A stretch of DNA of 64,000 bases from a bacterium. GTDB taxonomy: Bacteria; UBA8248. Position numbers and translations under genes: made by a program. Location of the stretch: contig CBDBZU010000004.1 of NCBI GenBank assembly GCA_965213625.1, forward strand, positions 1,568,001 through 1,632,000. The letters run 5' to 3'. Position 1 is the first letter of the stretch. Each line of letters opens with the position of its first letter. The notes below the pieces were generated by a model. It made no database searches. It was not told where the DNA came from and was given only the letters and a program-made list of their open reading frames with translations. This document shows, piece by piece, positions 1-10,483 of this stretch.

Positions 1-925
1 TTTCCGCCCGTCTTTGTTGGCCGCCATCTTGCTTCGGAACGCGCACCCTCAAAAGGGTATCCGGATCTCTCATGTCATCAATAGCCCGAAACCAGTCGTC
101 CGCAGTGGTCCCATCCCCGGCGGAATATGAAAGTGTTTTCATGGTGCGCGCATTGATGGCTATTCGTTTGAGCTGAATCAGAGAACCTTGCTCATCCATT
201 TCCCCCAAAACGATAGAGCGTTCACCCAGGTTGTGTTCGCTGAAGCGCAAACCTTCAGGTGAGCCGCTGTAGCATGCGGCGCCGCCGCTCCATCGGGCGA
301 CATCCAAAGGTTTGTGGTAATGGCCGATGGCTACATATCCAAAAGGCAGACGCTTTAAATCATCGGCTTCGAATGGATGTTCCTTGAATGCAGGGTGTTC
401 TGAGGCTAGAGCCGCTTCTGAGCCGTGTAAAAGCAAGATGGATCTATCGTTCAAATTGAGTTTTTGCGTGAGGATTTCTTGTAGAGGCGGCTTGAAGGCA
501 TCTTTTGTATCCCAGGGGATACCAGCAATCGTAAGATTGAGTTCGCAAATATTTTCTTGTGCCAACTCGGTAGCGGTATCACCATGGAAGAGGTGGATGT
601 AACTTGCCATTTCTGGTCGATTCCACACGGATTCCGGGTGTATTGGGTCATGATTGCCGGGTATGGCGAAACAGCGCACCCCTTTTTTGGATAAATGGGC
701 AAGGTTCTTCGAGACGATTTCTACGTCCCGATCGCTAGGATGAGGGGTATCGAATAGATCGCCCGAGATAAGAAATACCTGTGCGCCCCATTTGAGTGTT
801 TCGCGAACGGAGCGAAAAAACGCTACCCGAAGATCGGCTTGGCGCGCCGCTGCTTTACGAGGCGGAAGGTAGTCGAAGTCATAGCCGAGATGGAAATCAC
901 CGCAATGGGCGAATCGAAGGGTCAC
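1..925 (-). CDS. SbcD/Mre11-family DNA repair exonuclease (metallophosphoesterase), 3' end outside the window
   Basis: Not in the ORF track; translated by hand from GTG at 925 with GGAG upstream: MTLRFAHCGDFHLG...ISGDLFD...IPGNHD...LLLHG...VAIGHYH...YSGSPE, the SbcD motif series. Frame stays open to the window edge. Confidence 0.85.
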   Translation of the reverse strand, partial: MTLRFAHCGDFHLGYDFDYLPPRKAAARQADLRVAFFRSVRETLKWGAQVFLISGDLFDTPHPSDRDVEIVSKNLAHLSKKGVRCFAIPGNHDPIHPESVWNRPEMASYIHLFHGDTATELAQENICELNLTIAGIPWDTKDAFKPPLQEILTQKLNLNDRSILLLHGSEAALASEHPAFKEHPFEADDLKRLPFGYVAIGHYHKPLDVARWSGGAACYSGSPEGLRFSEHNLGERSIVLGEMDEQGSLIQLKRIAINARTMKTLSYSAGDGTTADDWFRAIDDMRDPDTLLRVRVPKQDGGQQRRAE

Positions 926-1085
926 TTTATCTCCCAGGGTCAAAATTTCGGCGATTGTGGCATGTGTGCAATGCGGTTGGCAAAAGCGGCAAGATAAAAA
1001 GGTACTTTTCCACATCGTCTTGACAGTAGGCATTGCGCCCGCTGATGATTCGTCTTTTGAGATATATTTTTCAGGAGAAACCGTT

Positions 1086-2795
1086 TTGGCAAAGAAATCG
1101 AGGATAAAAGCCTCGCAAAAATCTTATTCAAAAGAAGATTTGGTTCGGGCCGCCGCCGTAGCGGCTGGACTTGAAGCGTCGTTTACCGTGCCGGCTCCGC
1201 CGGGCGCCATGGCCCCTGCGCCTCTTCTGGACGAAATCAGGGAAATGGGAGAGGTCGGGCTCGCCGGTGTATTGAACCATCTGTCTTCCACCACACCGGA
1301 AGGGAGAATCCCCACACTTCTCGCTCTACGTGAGCTTGGGGATGTGTCCGTCGCTCAAAAGCTTGTTTCTCTTATTCGGACGATGCGTTGGTCGATACCG
1401 GGGCTCACTGCGCTCTTGGAAACTCTTCAGGCGTTGGATGCGGAAATAGAATTGCCAATTGGTTTTAATTCTGAAAGTTTGAGTCACGCTCAGGAGGTTT
1501 CTGGTCAATTAAGCCAAAATGAGACCCTCACGGTCGATTCCGCAATGTCCATCGTATCGTCATTGAAAGACCTGCCTTCTTTTTTACAGGAAGTCGTGTT
1601 GCGTGACGGTCTCGAGAACACGACTGACGATACAGAGAAGCGCCTGCTTGTGTTGGCTGAAGCGATGGGCCGAGAAGGAATTCTACCCCCTGCCTATTTC
1701 ATTCAAATCCTGGCGAACTTGGGTACGCAAGAGGCCGCGATTGCGCTTCAAAAACTCTCGGAATCCACCAAAGACAAAGATACGTTGTCACGGATTCGCA
1801 AGGCGATATTTCGGTTGAAGAACAAGGGCGTAGAAGTTGAAAAATTGCCTGATGCGGGTATTCATACTGCCCAGCGAACGAATTATCCGGACTATGTTCA
1901 TGCCGTAGTCAGCGCCGTAGACGGGCGTGGGCAGATGCTGTTGTGGCTTGCCCGCTCGAGGGTTCCGCGCGGGAGATATCTTGTGCAGGCGCGGTTGCAT
2001 CGGGGGCAAGGCATTGTTGAATTCACGGATGCGGAAATGAGTGCAAAAGAGTTGCGCAATGTTTTTCACCAAATTTCAGAAATGCCCACCTTGGCGTCAC
2101 AGGAAGTACCTGTCGGATATGCCATTTGGCTCCTTGAACGCGCTCAGCGCGAAAACGAGATGGGAGAAGTGCCGTTGCCCCGTGGCTATACACACGCAAA
2201 GCTCATGCTCGATCCCCTGGCGGAGAACGATGTATTTCCCTTGGAAGGGACACACCCTGTCCGCGCAATGGTGAATTCTCTTGCGGAGGATGAGAAGCGA
2301 ATGGAAGTGCGCACGCTTTTCGCCCATCGTCCTTTTTGGAGTTGGGTGATGGATGAAGATCGCGTGGCGCCGTTTTTTCAGGAGTTTATACAGTCGTTGG
2401 AAAGTCAGGTGGCGATTGATGAAAGTCAGAAAAAAGAGCGTCTTCAGCAGATTGTGGAAAACGGAGCGAAAGAAATTTTTCAGGAAAAGACATTGCGGGA
2501 ACGTATCGCAGGCCAGTTGGAAGACAATGGATACATATTTCATCAAGCGGGTGATGAACCTATGGCCCGTGAATGTGTGACGCTCGCGGATGAAGTGCTG
2601 GAGAATACGGATGAACCCACGCCACTGTTTGTCGAAATGGTTAAGTACTCCATCAATGTGATGCTTGAGCGTGTTATCCGCCAGGTCCGGGAATCCCAAG
2701 GTGAGGGTGGGGAACTACGAGAAGAGAATGTCGAGGATGGTGGTGTGTCGGAAAGTGCGGACTCGGAAGATTCACCTATCATCATCACGCCGTAA
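1086..2795 (+). CDS. Hypothetical protein, largely helical (HEAT-like segment), acidic C-terminus
   Basis: Long ORF 957..2795; likely start is TTG at 1086 after AGGAG at 1073-1077. No family recognised. Confidence 0.6.
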   Translation: MAKKSRIKASQKSYSKEDLVRAAAVAAGLEASFTVPAPPGAMAPAPLLDEIREMGEVGLAGVLNHLSSTTPEGRIPTLLALRELGDVSVAQKLVSLIRTMRWSIPGLTALLETLQALDAEIELPIGFNSESLSHAQEVSGQLSQNETLTVDSAMSIVSSLKDLPSFLQEVVLRDGLENTTDDTEKRLLVLAEAMGREGILPPAYFIQILANLGTQEAAIALQKLSESTKDKDTLSRIRKAIFRLKNKGVEVEKLPDAGIHTAQRTNYPDYVHAVVSAVDGRGQMLLWLARSRVPRGRYLVQARLHRGQGIVEFTDAEMSAKELRNVFHQISEMPTLASQEVPVGYAIWLLERAQRENEMGEVPLPRGYTHAKLMLDPLAENDVFPLEGTHPVRAMVNSLAEDEKRMEVRTLFAHRPFWSWVMDEDRVAPFFQEFIQSLESQVAIDESQKKERLQQIVENGAKEIFQEKTLRERIAGQLEDNGYIFHQAGDEPMARECVTLADEVLENTDEPTPLFVEMVKYSINVMLERVIRQVRESQGEGGELREENVEDGGVSESADSEDSPIIITP

Positions 2796-2815
2796 TCTCA
2801 TATTTGGAGAATTTG

Positions 2816-3214
2816 ATGGAATTCGGTTTTGATCATATTCACTACGTTTGCGCAGATGTAAAAGCATTTGCCGAGTATTTTCAAAATATATTCGACGCTG
2901 AAATTGTTCGCTACGACGAGGACTTTAAGGGTTCGCCCAATGCGGCGATCCAAATCGGCCGCCTGGTGATATTCGCGCGCGGCATCAGACCTGAAGAGAC
3001 TCCTGATTCCGTGGGGCCGGAACTGGTTCAGGGGCTGGATCATTTCGGGTTTGGTGTTCCGGATGTGGAAACCGCCGTGGAGTGGCTGAGGAATAAAGGG
3101 GCGGAGATTATGGTGGAGCCCGTGCGGCGCGGCGTAGGCGGGCGCATGATCGCCTATGTGAGGGGACCCGGAAATATCCGCATCGAGTTGTGCGAGAACC
3201 CGGCGGCTCTTTAA
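2816..3214 (+). CDS. VOC/glyoxalase family protein
   Basis: FDHIHY...GLDHFGFGVPDVE...GPGNIRIEL motifs; GGAG precedes ATG 2816. Confidence 0.85.
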   Translation: MEFGFDHIHYVCADVKAFAEYFQNIFDAEIVRYDEDFKGSPNAAIQIGRLVIFARGIRPEETPDSVGPELVQGLDHFGFGVPDVETAVEWLRNKGAEIMVEPVRRGVGGRMIAYVRGPGNIRIELCENPAAL

Positions 3215-3342
3215 GATACGCTCACATCCTGAGAACGAGAAATATCGGAGGAAAAACAGCGTGTTATTCCTGGCGCGATGTTTGGCGACACCTTCATCGC
3301 GACTGAATCACCAGGAATATTTTCTCTTGGAGGATATTACCG

Positions 3343-4590
3343 ATGGTCGATTTCCAGCTCACTCCCCGGCAGATGGAACTCAGAGATATTGCGAAAAGAT
3401 TTGCTACTGAAGTGATGATCCCCGCCGCGGAGGTCGCGGACCGTATCGAAGATCCTGAAGCATCCTTTAACTGGGAAGTTATTCGAGAAGGTTCGAAACG
3501 GGGCCTCAGGACGCTTACCGTCCCGAAAGAATTTGGAGGTGAAGGCGCCGACGTACTTTCCTGCGCCATCGTGGGTGAAACACTGGCGTATGGGGATTTG
3601 GGACTCGCCGTCGCCTTCGATCAGACGTGGAAGATTATGACGTCGATTGCGAATATGGCGAATGAAGAGCAACAAAAACGCTGGCTTCCCAAAATAATGG
3701 ATGATGATGAATGTATTCTGGCGACAGCCTGGACGGAACCCATGGCGGGTAGCGACAACGTCTGGCCCAATCAAAACCCTGGGGCAGGAATACAAACGTA
3801 TGCGGAAAAAAAAGGAGACCGCTGGGTATTGAACGGCGCGAAGCGTTATATCTCGAACGGGGGCCTCGCCAAAGTCTACCAAATCGCCGCGCGCACGGAT
3901 AAGAGCAACCCTATGATGAACAGCCTCACGGCCTTTTTGGTGCCATCTGACGCCAAGGGTTTTGAAGTAACCGAAGTATGGGACAAGCTCGGCCAAAGGT
4001 GTGTTCAGAACGGCACATTGGAATTTCATGATGTGGAAGTCCCGGCCGAGGACCAGATTGGAGAAGTGGGGCAAGCTCTGCCCGCTCTGGCGAATTTATT
4101 CATCAGACACGGAAGCAACATTCAAGCGGGCGCCACCGTCTTGGGAGTCGCGCAACGTGCGTATGATCTCTCATTGCAGTATGCGCATGCCCGAATCCAG
4201 GGCAGCGTGCCTTTGCTTGACCACCAGCTTCAGCAAATCAGGCTTGCGCGCATGGCGATGAAAATAGAAGCCTCCCGCTCTTATTTGTGGCGCACGGCGT
4301 GGTCCACCCAGCTCGAGGAGATGGACCGGAAAAATGCGATGCTCAGCAAGGTATTCGCGTCCGAGTCCGCCGTACAGGTGTGTCAGGAGGCGATGGAGCT
4401 TTGGGGCGCAGCGGGATATATGCGGAAAAATCCGATTGAGAAACTCATGCGTGATTCCTTGAGTTTTCTGCATTCGGACGGCACGAATGATGTGTTGACG
4501 CTTAAGGCTGCAGGCTTCCTGGAAGATCCGCCGCAAGTGGATGATCTGATTTACTCCCCTCGTGTCGCCGATGCGGCGGCGGGCAGGTAG
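3343..4590 (+). CDS. Acyl-CoA dehydrogenase family protein
   Basis: TEPMAGSD, LNGAKRYISNG, WDKLGQR, GAAGYMRKNPIEKLMRD motifs; GGAGG RBS. Confidence 0.92.
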   Translation: MVDFQLTPRQMELRDIAKRFATEVMIPAAEVADRIEDPEASFNWEVIREGSKRGLRTLTVPKEFGGEGADVLSCAIVGETLAYGDLGLAVAFDQTWKIMTSIANMANEEQQKRWLPKIMDDDECILATAWTEPMAGSDNVWPNQNPGAGIQTYAEKKGDRWVLNGAKRYISNGGLAKVYQIAARTDKSNPMMNSLTAFLVPSDAKGFEVTEVWDKLGQRCVQNGTLEFHDVEVPAEDQIGEVGQALPALANLFIRHGSNIQAGATVLGVAQRAYDLSLQYAHARIQGSVPLLDHQLQQIRLARMAMKIEASRSYLWRTAWSTQLEEMDRKNAMLSKVFASESAVQVCQEAMELWGAAGYMRKNPIEKLMRDSLSFLHSDGTNDVLTLKAAGFLEDPPQVDDLIYSPRVADAAAGR

Positions 4591-4656
4591 GGTTCAGTCA
4601 GACGGTGGAGATTCGAGGTGGTGGGAGGAGTTTGGGTGTTGCTCCTCTCTTTAGAG

Positions 4657-5553
4657 TTAGTTCCTGAAAGCGGTTATTAGAACTCCACCTGCGACGACGC
4701 AAATCGTGGCCAATACAGTCTTACGGTTGATTGTTTCGAGCTTGCCCAGGAAAAAATAGCTCAGAATCAATACCCAAACCGGTGCGATTCGGCTCAGGGG
4801 CAGAGCGGTGGACACGCTCGCCATCGTAAATGCAGTCCAGAGCATAAAGGAACTGCAAATACCAATAAGCCCCGCGCCTCCTACCCAGATGAAACCTCTT
4901 TTTTTGCCGCGAATATCACTTTGGCCGGGTAGGATTGGCTTTGTGAGAAGAAGAATACAATTGGCCGTAGCAAAAGAAATGAACATGCCGACGCTTGGCG
5001 TCATTTGATGCGTATAAGCGAGCTTGGCGAAGATAGGCGCTACTGCGTACGCCAGTGAAGCGACAAGCGGAAATATAAGCGCTCCTTGAAACCAGCTTCT
5101 GAAAGATTGTGATTTATCGTCTTGTATCCCGAGAATGGATACGCCGATGACGATACCCAGGGTCCCGAGTATTACCATTGCCGTCGGGTCCTCGCCCAAG
5201 ACTAGAATTGCAAAAAAAGTGCCCCAAATAGGGGCCGCTGAAGATATGGGCACGCTGCGGCTGAGCCCGATACGGGAGACTCCCACCAGGTAGAAATATC
5301 TACCTATGGTGGGACCCGCGACGCCCACGGCGGCGTACCACAAGATGGCTTCTGCCTTGGAAGTAAAAAGCGTGCCATTCAAGAGAGATATGATGAGGCC
5401 GCCCAGGCTTACGATTCCATTGACAATCAAAGCGGCGGCCAGTGGAGATACGCTTCTCATGCCTTGCCTGAGAAAAGTTTGCGCTACGGAGAATGTGATG
5501 GAGGATCCGATTGCCAGTAGTTCACCTAGACCAACGAGTTGAATCCAGTTCAT
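4657..5553 (-). CDS. EamA/DMT family transporter
   Basis: 298 aa, about 10 hydrophobic helices in two repeats. Confidence 0.85.
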   Translation of the reverse strand: MNWIQLVGLGELLAIGSSITFSVAQTFLRQGMRSVSPLAAALIVNGIVSLGGLIISLLNGTLFTSKAEAILWYAAVGVAGPTIGRYFYLVGVSRIGLSRSVPISSAAPIWGTFFAILVLGEDPTAMVILGTLGIVIGVSILGIQDDKSQSFRSWFQGALIFPLVASLAYAVAPIFAKLAYTHQMTPSVGMFISFATANCILLLTKPILPGQSDIRGKKRGFIWVGGAGLIGICSSFMLWTAFTMASVSTALPLSRIAPVWVLILSYFFLGKLETINRKTVLATICVVAGGVLITAFRN

Positions 5554-6290
5554 GGGCTGGTTTGCTTTTGCGTAAGATGAATTTCTCCGCCTTTGGATTT
5601 TCCCGGGTTCCGGTCTTTATAGTAGGAGCACATGCGCCGCATATCACAGTCAGCGCATTTGGGGTTGCGGGCGGTGCAAATGGTTCGGCCAAAGCTCAGC
5701 ATGTTCATGTGTAATTCGTGAGCACGGCCCCTTGGAATGAGTGGCGCAAGGACTGGGTGAGATTTTTCAGGCGTCGTTTTCTCAGGAATGATGCCCAATC
5801 GAATCATAATACGGTGAATGTGAACATCAATGGGGAACAAATCCCGGTTTGAAACCAACATCAAGGCGACATAAGCGGTTTTGACGCCGATACCTTTGTG
5901 CTGGGTGAGATACTGCACGGCGAAATCATCCGGTTCATCATGCAGGAATTCCAGGCAGAGCTGTTCTCTGTCCTTGCGAAGCCACCTCAGAAAATCCCGT
6001 ATCCTCCCGGCCTTTTGATTCCCCAAGCCAGCTGAACGAATTGCCTTGGCAAGATCAGCTTGGGGAGCGTCGGCGATTTCATCCCAACTGGAAAAAGTTT
6101 TTTTCAAGGAGTTAAACGCCATGTCGCGGTTATGATCGGTCGTGCTCTGTGAGAGGAGGGTTTCGACCAGAGAATCCAAAAGGTTACTTCGCTTTGTGCG
6201 TTTTGGCTTCCCGAAGCGGGACAATAGCCTGTCCGTGAGTTTCAGGATTTTTCGTTTTCGGGTGGTTGGAGAGGTAACACTGGTCGGCAT
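5550..6290 (-). CDS. nth: Endonuclease III (HhH-GPD glycosylase with 4Fe-4S motif)
   Basis: LLSQSTTD, KGIGVKTA, FPIDVHIHR, CTARNPKCADCDMRRMC. Confidence 0.88.
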   Translation of the reverse strand: MPTSVTSPTTRKRKILKLTDRLLSRFGKPKRTKRSNLLDSLVETLLSQSTTDHNRDMAFNSLKKTFSSWDEIADAPQADLAKAIRSAGLGNQKAGRIRDFLRWLRKDREQLCLEFLHDEPDDFAVQYLTQHKGIGVKTAYVALMLVSNRDLFPIDVHIHRIMIRLGIIPEKTTPEKSHPVLAPLIPRGRAHELHMNMLSFGRTICTARNPKCADCDMRRMCSYYKDRNPGKSKGGEIHLTQKQTSP

Positions 6291-6476
6291 TCTGTATCCT
6301 GGTGCGATGCGTTAATAATAAATCAGGACCGGATGGTTTCTTTGAATCGTAAAATATAGAACTCGCGTATGGTTTGGCAATTAGATTTCACAATGACGTA
6401 TCATCGCCAAAAAACGGAAAAAACCCTGCACTTTGCTGAATTGAAAATTCCTTTCTGGTTTAAGCTCACTGTGGCG

Positions 6477-7241
6477 TTACTTGCCACTGAATTGCTCTGT
6501 CCGCTTTGCTGCAGTGTTGGGCGACGGACGGAGCAATGCTGAAATTCGGGACGTGTCGTTGAAGACTTCGTTCGTTCGCTTGAGGCGTTCATATACTTTT
6601 GTGACTCTTGAGATATATTGGTGTGTTTCCTGAAATGGAGGGATTCCGTTATAACGCTCGATGTTTGCAGGCCCCGCATTGTATGAGGCCAGCGCCATAT
6701 GCAAATTCCAACCATAGAGCTCAAGTAGATATCGTAGATAACGTACTCCGCCTTCGATGTTTTCACCGATGTCGAGAACGTTGTTAAGGCCTAAATGTTT
6801 GGCAGTGATTGGGTTGATTTGCATCAGTCCTTTGGCGCCATCATTAGAAACGGCCAGTGCATTGAAGTTGCTTTCCACTTCGATTACGGCGCGGACCAAT
6901 AGGGGGTCAATTTCGTAGAGCCTGGAGTAATGATGTATGTACCAAAAAATGCCGGGTTTTTGGGTTGCAAAATTTCCACTTGTCGTCGTCTTCAATTGTT
7001 CATCAAGATGAGTTTTTTGAGCGAGAAACGGGATTTTCTTTATCTGCATCAATCTCGTTATAGATGGAAGAGGCTGCGCATAGAGCATCCATATAGCGAC
7101 AAGAGCAATTCCGGCCAGCGGAATTCTCGAAAACGCCCATATGTATTTATTTCGCCCGATGCGTAAATTCTTTAATTCAAGTATGAGGAAAAAAATATAA
7201 ATTGCGATCAGGGCGCCGATGACGAGGTTCATGAGATTCAT
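6477..7241 (-). CDS. Lytic transglycosylase (SLT domain) with N-terminal membrane helices
   Basis: VIEVESNFN, GAKGLMQI, ALASYNAG, GIPPFQET. Confidence 0.9.
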   Translation of the reverse strand: MNLMNLVIGALIAIYIFFLILELKNLRIGRNKYIWAFSRIPLAGIALVAIWMLYAQPLPSITRLMQIKKIPFLAQKTHLDEQLKTTTSGNFATQKPGIFWYIHHYSRLYEIDPLLVRAVIEVESNFNALAVSNDGAKGLMQINPITAKHLGLNNVLDIGENIEGGVRYLRYLLELYGWNLHMALASYNAGPANIERYNGIPPFQETHQYISRVTKVYERLKRTNEVFNDTSRISALLRPSPNTAAKRTEQFSGK

Positions 7242-7446
7242 TCCGAGTAGAGTATTTGAAATGGTTCGGGCTGAGCGCCTTTCCTTTTAGATTCAAACAA
7301 AGCCACGAGATAAAAGAGCAAGATCAGTTTTTTACGCAAAATAATAGAGATAATTATAGCGAGCTTGGTTTGGTAAAAAAAAAGAACGTCATCATTCCTT
7401 AAACGATAGATAACCATCTTCGAGTGAGCAAGCGGTAGATGATGAA

Positions 7447-8082
7447 TTATATCATGTCCAGGATGTCCTCAAATTTTTCCAAATATTTATCCGGCTTCAA
7501 TTTCATTATCTCATAGTGCTGGGAGTATTTCCCTTTGACGATCCATGCAGGGATAGATGCGTTTCTTGCGGCTTGCAAGTCGGTCGTCGTATCCCCAACC
7601 ATGACGACTTCTTCTGGTTTTACTTCAAGCAATTTGATGGCGGCGAAAAGCATTTCCGGGGCTGGTTTCGGCGCATATCCCTGGCGGTGCCCGAATACCG
7701 CTCGAATGTAGGGCAAGAGCCCGACGTGCTCTAACTGCTCTCTACAGAAGAACCATGCCTTGTTCGAAACGCAAGCCATCTGAATGCCCATGTGTGCGAG
7801 GGTTTCGAGCGTTTTTTTTACCCCCGGGATAATTTGGGTGCCCGCTGCGTTATGAACCTTGTAATGTGCGCGGTATATGCGCACTGCCTCGTTGGCCGTG
7901 TCTTCTCCCCAAAGTTGGGTGAATCTATCCTCGAGCGTAGGGCCTATGGATGCTAGAATTTCCGCATCGCTCATCTCGGTTACGCCCAGGTCGCGGCACA
8001 TGAGGCGCATGCACATTGCAATGCCCTCGTAGCTGTCGACAAGCGTGCCGTCGTGGTCTAAAAGAAGCGCGCGTATGCTCAT
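7447..8082 (-). CDS. HAD-family hydrolase (phosphoglycolate phosphatase-like)
   Basis: DHDGTLVDS, VSNK, KPAP, MVGDTTTD. Confidence 0.88.
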   Translation of the reverse strand: MSIRALLLDHDGTLVDSYEGIAMCMRLMCRDLGVTEMSDAEILASIGPTLEDRFTQLWGEDTANEAVRIYRAHYKVHNAAGTQIIPGVKKTLETLAHMGIQMACVSNKAWFFCREQLEHVGLLPYIRAVFGHRQGYAPKPAPEMLFAAIKLLEVKPEEVVMVGDTTTDLQAARNASIPAWIVKGKYSQHYEIMKLKPDKYLEKFEDILDMI

Positions 8083-8158
8083 CTAGTTACTTTCCATTCA
8101 ATCATGGACAACCATGATATGATTCCAACCGGAAGCGAAACTGGCAAACCATAACACC

Positions 8159-9313
8159 ATGGGCCTGTCTATGAAAATTGACTCGTCACCAAAATGTGAA
8201 GCAGCTCGACCTGAACGATCGCTGTCCTCTCGCCCTGTCGAGCTTGTCGGCATGGATGAGGAGGAACTCGTTTCACTGTGCGAGGGGATGGGGGAGCCCC
8301 CCTACCGAGGCCGGCAGCTATTTTCCTGGCTCTACGCCCAAGGTGTAATCGAAATCTCCCAAATGACCAACATCCCCAAGGATTTTAGAACAAAACTTGA
8401 GGAAGCGGCTCGCCTTGATATCCCCGAGATCGACGAAGAGAGCAAGAGCGCAGACGGTACGGAAAAATATGTGTGGCGGCTTCGTGACGGCGCACGAGTC
8501 GAGAGCGTCCGGATACCGATGAGGAACGTAAATGGCGTGATGCGGTGGTCTCTTTGCGTCTCCACGCAGGTCGGCTGCGCGATGGGATGCGCATTTTGCT
8601 TGACGGCGAAGATGGGTTTCGTACGGCAGTTGACGGCCGGTGAAATCGTCGGTCAATTCCTTGCCGCAAGAAACCTCCTCTCCCAAGGAGAGCGTTTCCA
8701 TAACATCGTGTTCATGGGAATGGGAGAGCCGCTCGATAATTTCGACGCCACCGTGAAGGCGGTGAGAATTCTCACGCACCCGCAGGCGAACGGCGTTAGT
8801 GCGAGGAGGCTTACCGTATCGACGGTAGGGGTCGTTTCGAGACTAAAACGTTTCGTCTCCGCCGTTCCAGGCGTGGGTCTGGCGGTATCGCTTCATGCTT
8901 CGGATGACGAAACCAGAGGAGAACTCGTGCCGGTGAACCGCAAGTGGAACCTGAAAGCCCTGCTTGATGAATGCCGGGATTTACCGTTCAGCGAGCGGCG
9001 CCGCATCACCTTCGAATACGTCATGCTCCGTGGGGTGAATGACTCGAACGCAGACGCGAAGAAACTCGCGAGGCTCCTGGAGGGGCTCAAGTGCAAGGTG
9101 AATATCATTCCCTGGAATCCGTTTCCGGGGACCCCTTTCGAGCGGCCCGACGATGGTCGGGTAGAGGAATTTCGCCGCATCCTTCAGGCGGCGGGCGTGG
9201 TGGCCACCACGCGCACTGCCAAGGGAGGCGATATCCTGGCGGCGTGCGGGCAGTTGGCCGATGCTCGCCGTCTAGCCGACCGAAGCGCACTGCAGCATAT
9301 TAACACCATATAA
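8159..9313 (+). CDS. rlmN: 23S rRNA/tRNA m2A radical SAM methyltransferase RlmN
   Basis: CVSTQVGCAMGCAFC, FMGMGEP, SLHA, NIIPWNP, ILAACGQL. Confidence 0.95.
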   Translation: MGLSMKIDSSPKCEAARPERSLSSRPVELVGMDEEELVSLCEGMGEPPYRGRQLFSWLYAQGVIEISQMTNIPKDFRTKLEEAARLDIPEIDEESKSADGTEKYVWRLRDGARVESVRIPMRNVNGVMRWSLCVSTQVGCAMGCAFCLTAKMGFVRQLTAGEIVGQFLAARNLLSQGERFHNIVFMGMGEPLDNFDATVKAVRILTHPQANGVSARRLTVSTVGVVSRLKRFVSAVPGVGLAVSLHASDDETRGELVPVNRKWNLKALLDECRDLPFSERRRITFEYVMLRGVNDSNADAKKLARLLEGLKCKVNIIPWNPFPGTPFERPDDGRVEEFRRILQAAGVVATTRTAKGGDILAACGQLADARRLADRSALQHINTI

Positions 9314-9336
9314 ATCAATATGTTAACTTTTATATA

Positions 9337-9375
9337 TTTATCGAAAAACCTCGTGAATTTATCGATATTTATTGA
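9337..9375 (+). promoter_or_regulatory. AT-rich operator-like motif with phased TTTATC boxes (copy 1)
   Basis: 33/39 nt identical to 41191-41229 by manual alignment. Confidence 0.5.
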
Positions 9376-9491
9376 ATTGTCTTGATTTGTCAGGTTGGAA
9401 AACGAGGTACTCGAAACGCTCCTTGCCCATGCGCACGGTATGTTGGTATACCTCTTGCCTAGGGAGACGCGGCCCCGGCGTATGCGGATAA

Positions 9492-10292
9492 ATGCGCGAC
9501 ACGACCCACCACGATGGATACACCGAAATGGCGGATGAAAGTCCGGAAACGGCAAGCCTCATTAGAGAGCTCACGAGCGGCATTTCTTCGATTCGAAAGA
9601 GCCAGGAAGAACTCGCCGGGAAACTCGATGCGCTCGAAGCCCGGGTCCGCAGCATCGAGGACGCCCTGGTCGCCGGCGCCCCCCAGCGGGAGACTGATGA
9701 AGTTGAGGAGTACGACTATCGTGTGCTGCTCCACTCCCGCACCTATGAGATAGAAGACGCCGAGGGTCGCACCGCGCGCATGGAGGGCGTGCGCCGTTGC
9801 CGGGCCCGGCGGGAGTTGTCCAGTGTGAATACGCGTTATCACACGGGCAGCGGCGACAGGGAGGTGGCCTATTCCTATCGTCTTCTGGAAAATGAGGAAG
9901 CAGACCCCATCTGGACGCCCATGGAATACCGTATCGAAAAGGGTGCGGGGTCGGATTATTCTGCGCATCTGCCCCTGACCGAGCCGATTCGCGCAGGTGC
10001 GCTATTCGATCTTCGCCACGAACTCGTCTTGCGCGATTCGTTCACGACCAGAAACGAATGGGTCACCCTCGTTGTCGAATATCCCACCGACGAGTTTCAC
10101 CTCGAAGTGCTCATCCCCCCCGGCCGCCAACTGGTGGGCGCGCGGCGCGAGGAATCCCAGGGAGCGTCGAACAGCTTCAACAAGCGCCGCGTCTATCCCC
10201 GGGTGCTGAACGAAACCGGCCAGACCCGCCTGGAATGGCGCGAAACCCAGCCCGTCACCGGAAGAGCCTATACGCTGTTCTGGGACTGGTAG
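9492..10292 (+). CDS. Hypothetical protein: N-terminal coiled coil plus beta-rich C-terminal domain ending YTLFWDW
   Basis: 266-aa ORF with host-like codon usage; no family confidently recognised. Confidence 0.7.
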   Translation: MRDTTHHDGYTEMADESPETASLIRELTSGISSIRKSQEELAGKLDALEARVRSIEDALVAGAPQRETDEVEEYDYRVLLHSRTYEIEDAEGRTARMEGVRRCRARRELSSVNTRYHTGSGDREVAYSYRLLENEEADPIWTPMEYRIEKGAGSDYSAHLPLTEPIRAGALFDLRHELVLRDSFTTRNEWVTLVVEYPTDEFHLEVLIPPGRQLVGARREESQGASNSFNKRRVYPRVLNETGQTRLEWRETQPVTGRAYTLFWDW

Positions 10293-10459
10293 GGGGTTGG
10301 GGACGATTTTTCGGTGGGATACATTTCATCTGAGATTTAGCCGGTTGCAAGAATTCAGATATTACGTGCAATCTCATATATGATGTTTTACTTGTCCTCG
10401 GCCCATTGCGGACGGAGTGCGGCCCATCTACGCATGCAAGACGGCAGTTTGAGCTTCTG

Positions 10460-10483
10460 GTAGGGACAGGTCGCGACCTGTCC
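10460..10483. repeat. GTAG-tagged REP-like palindrome
   Basis: GTAGGGACAGGTCGCGACCTGTCC; identical copy at 15046. Confidence 0.75.

Noticed and set aside
9313-9400. Replication origin or dif site
   Set aside because: AT-rich, but no array of TTATCCACA boxes or clear XerC/XerD arms, and no dnaA or other origin-linked genes nearby.
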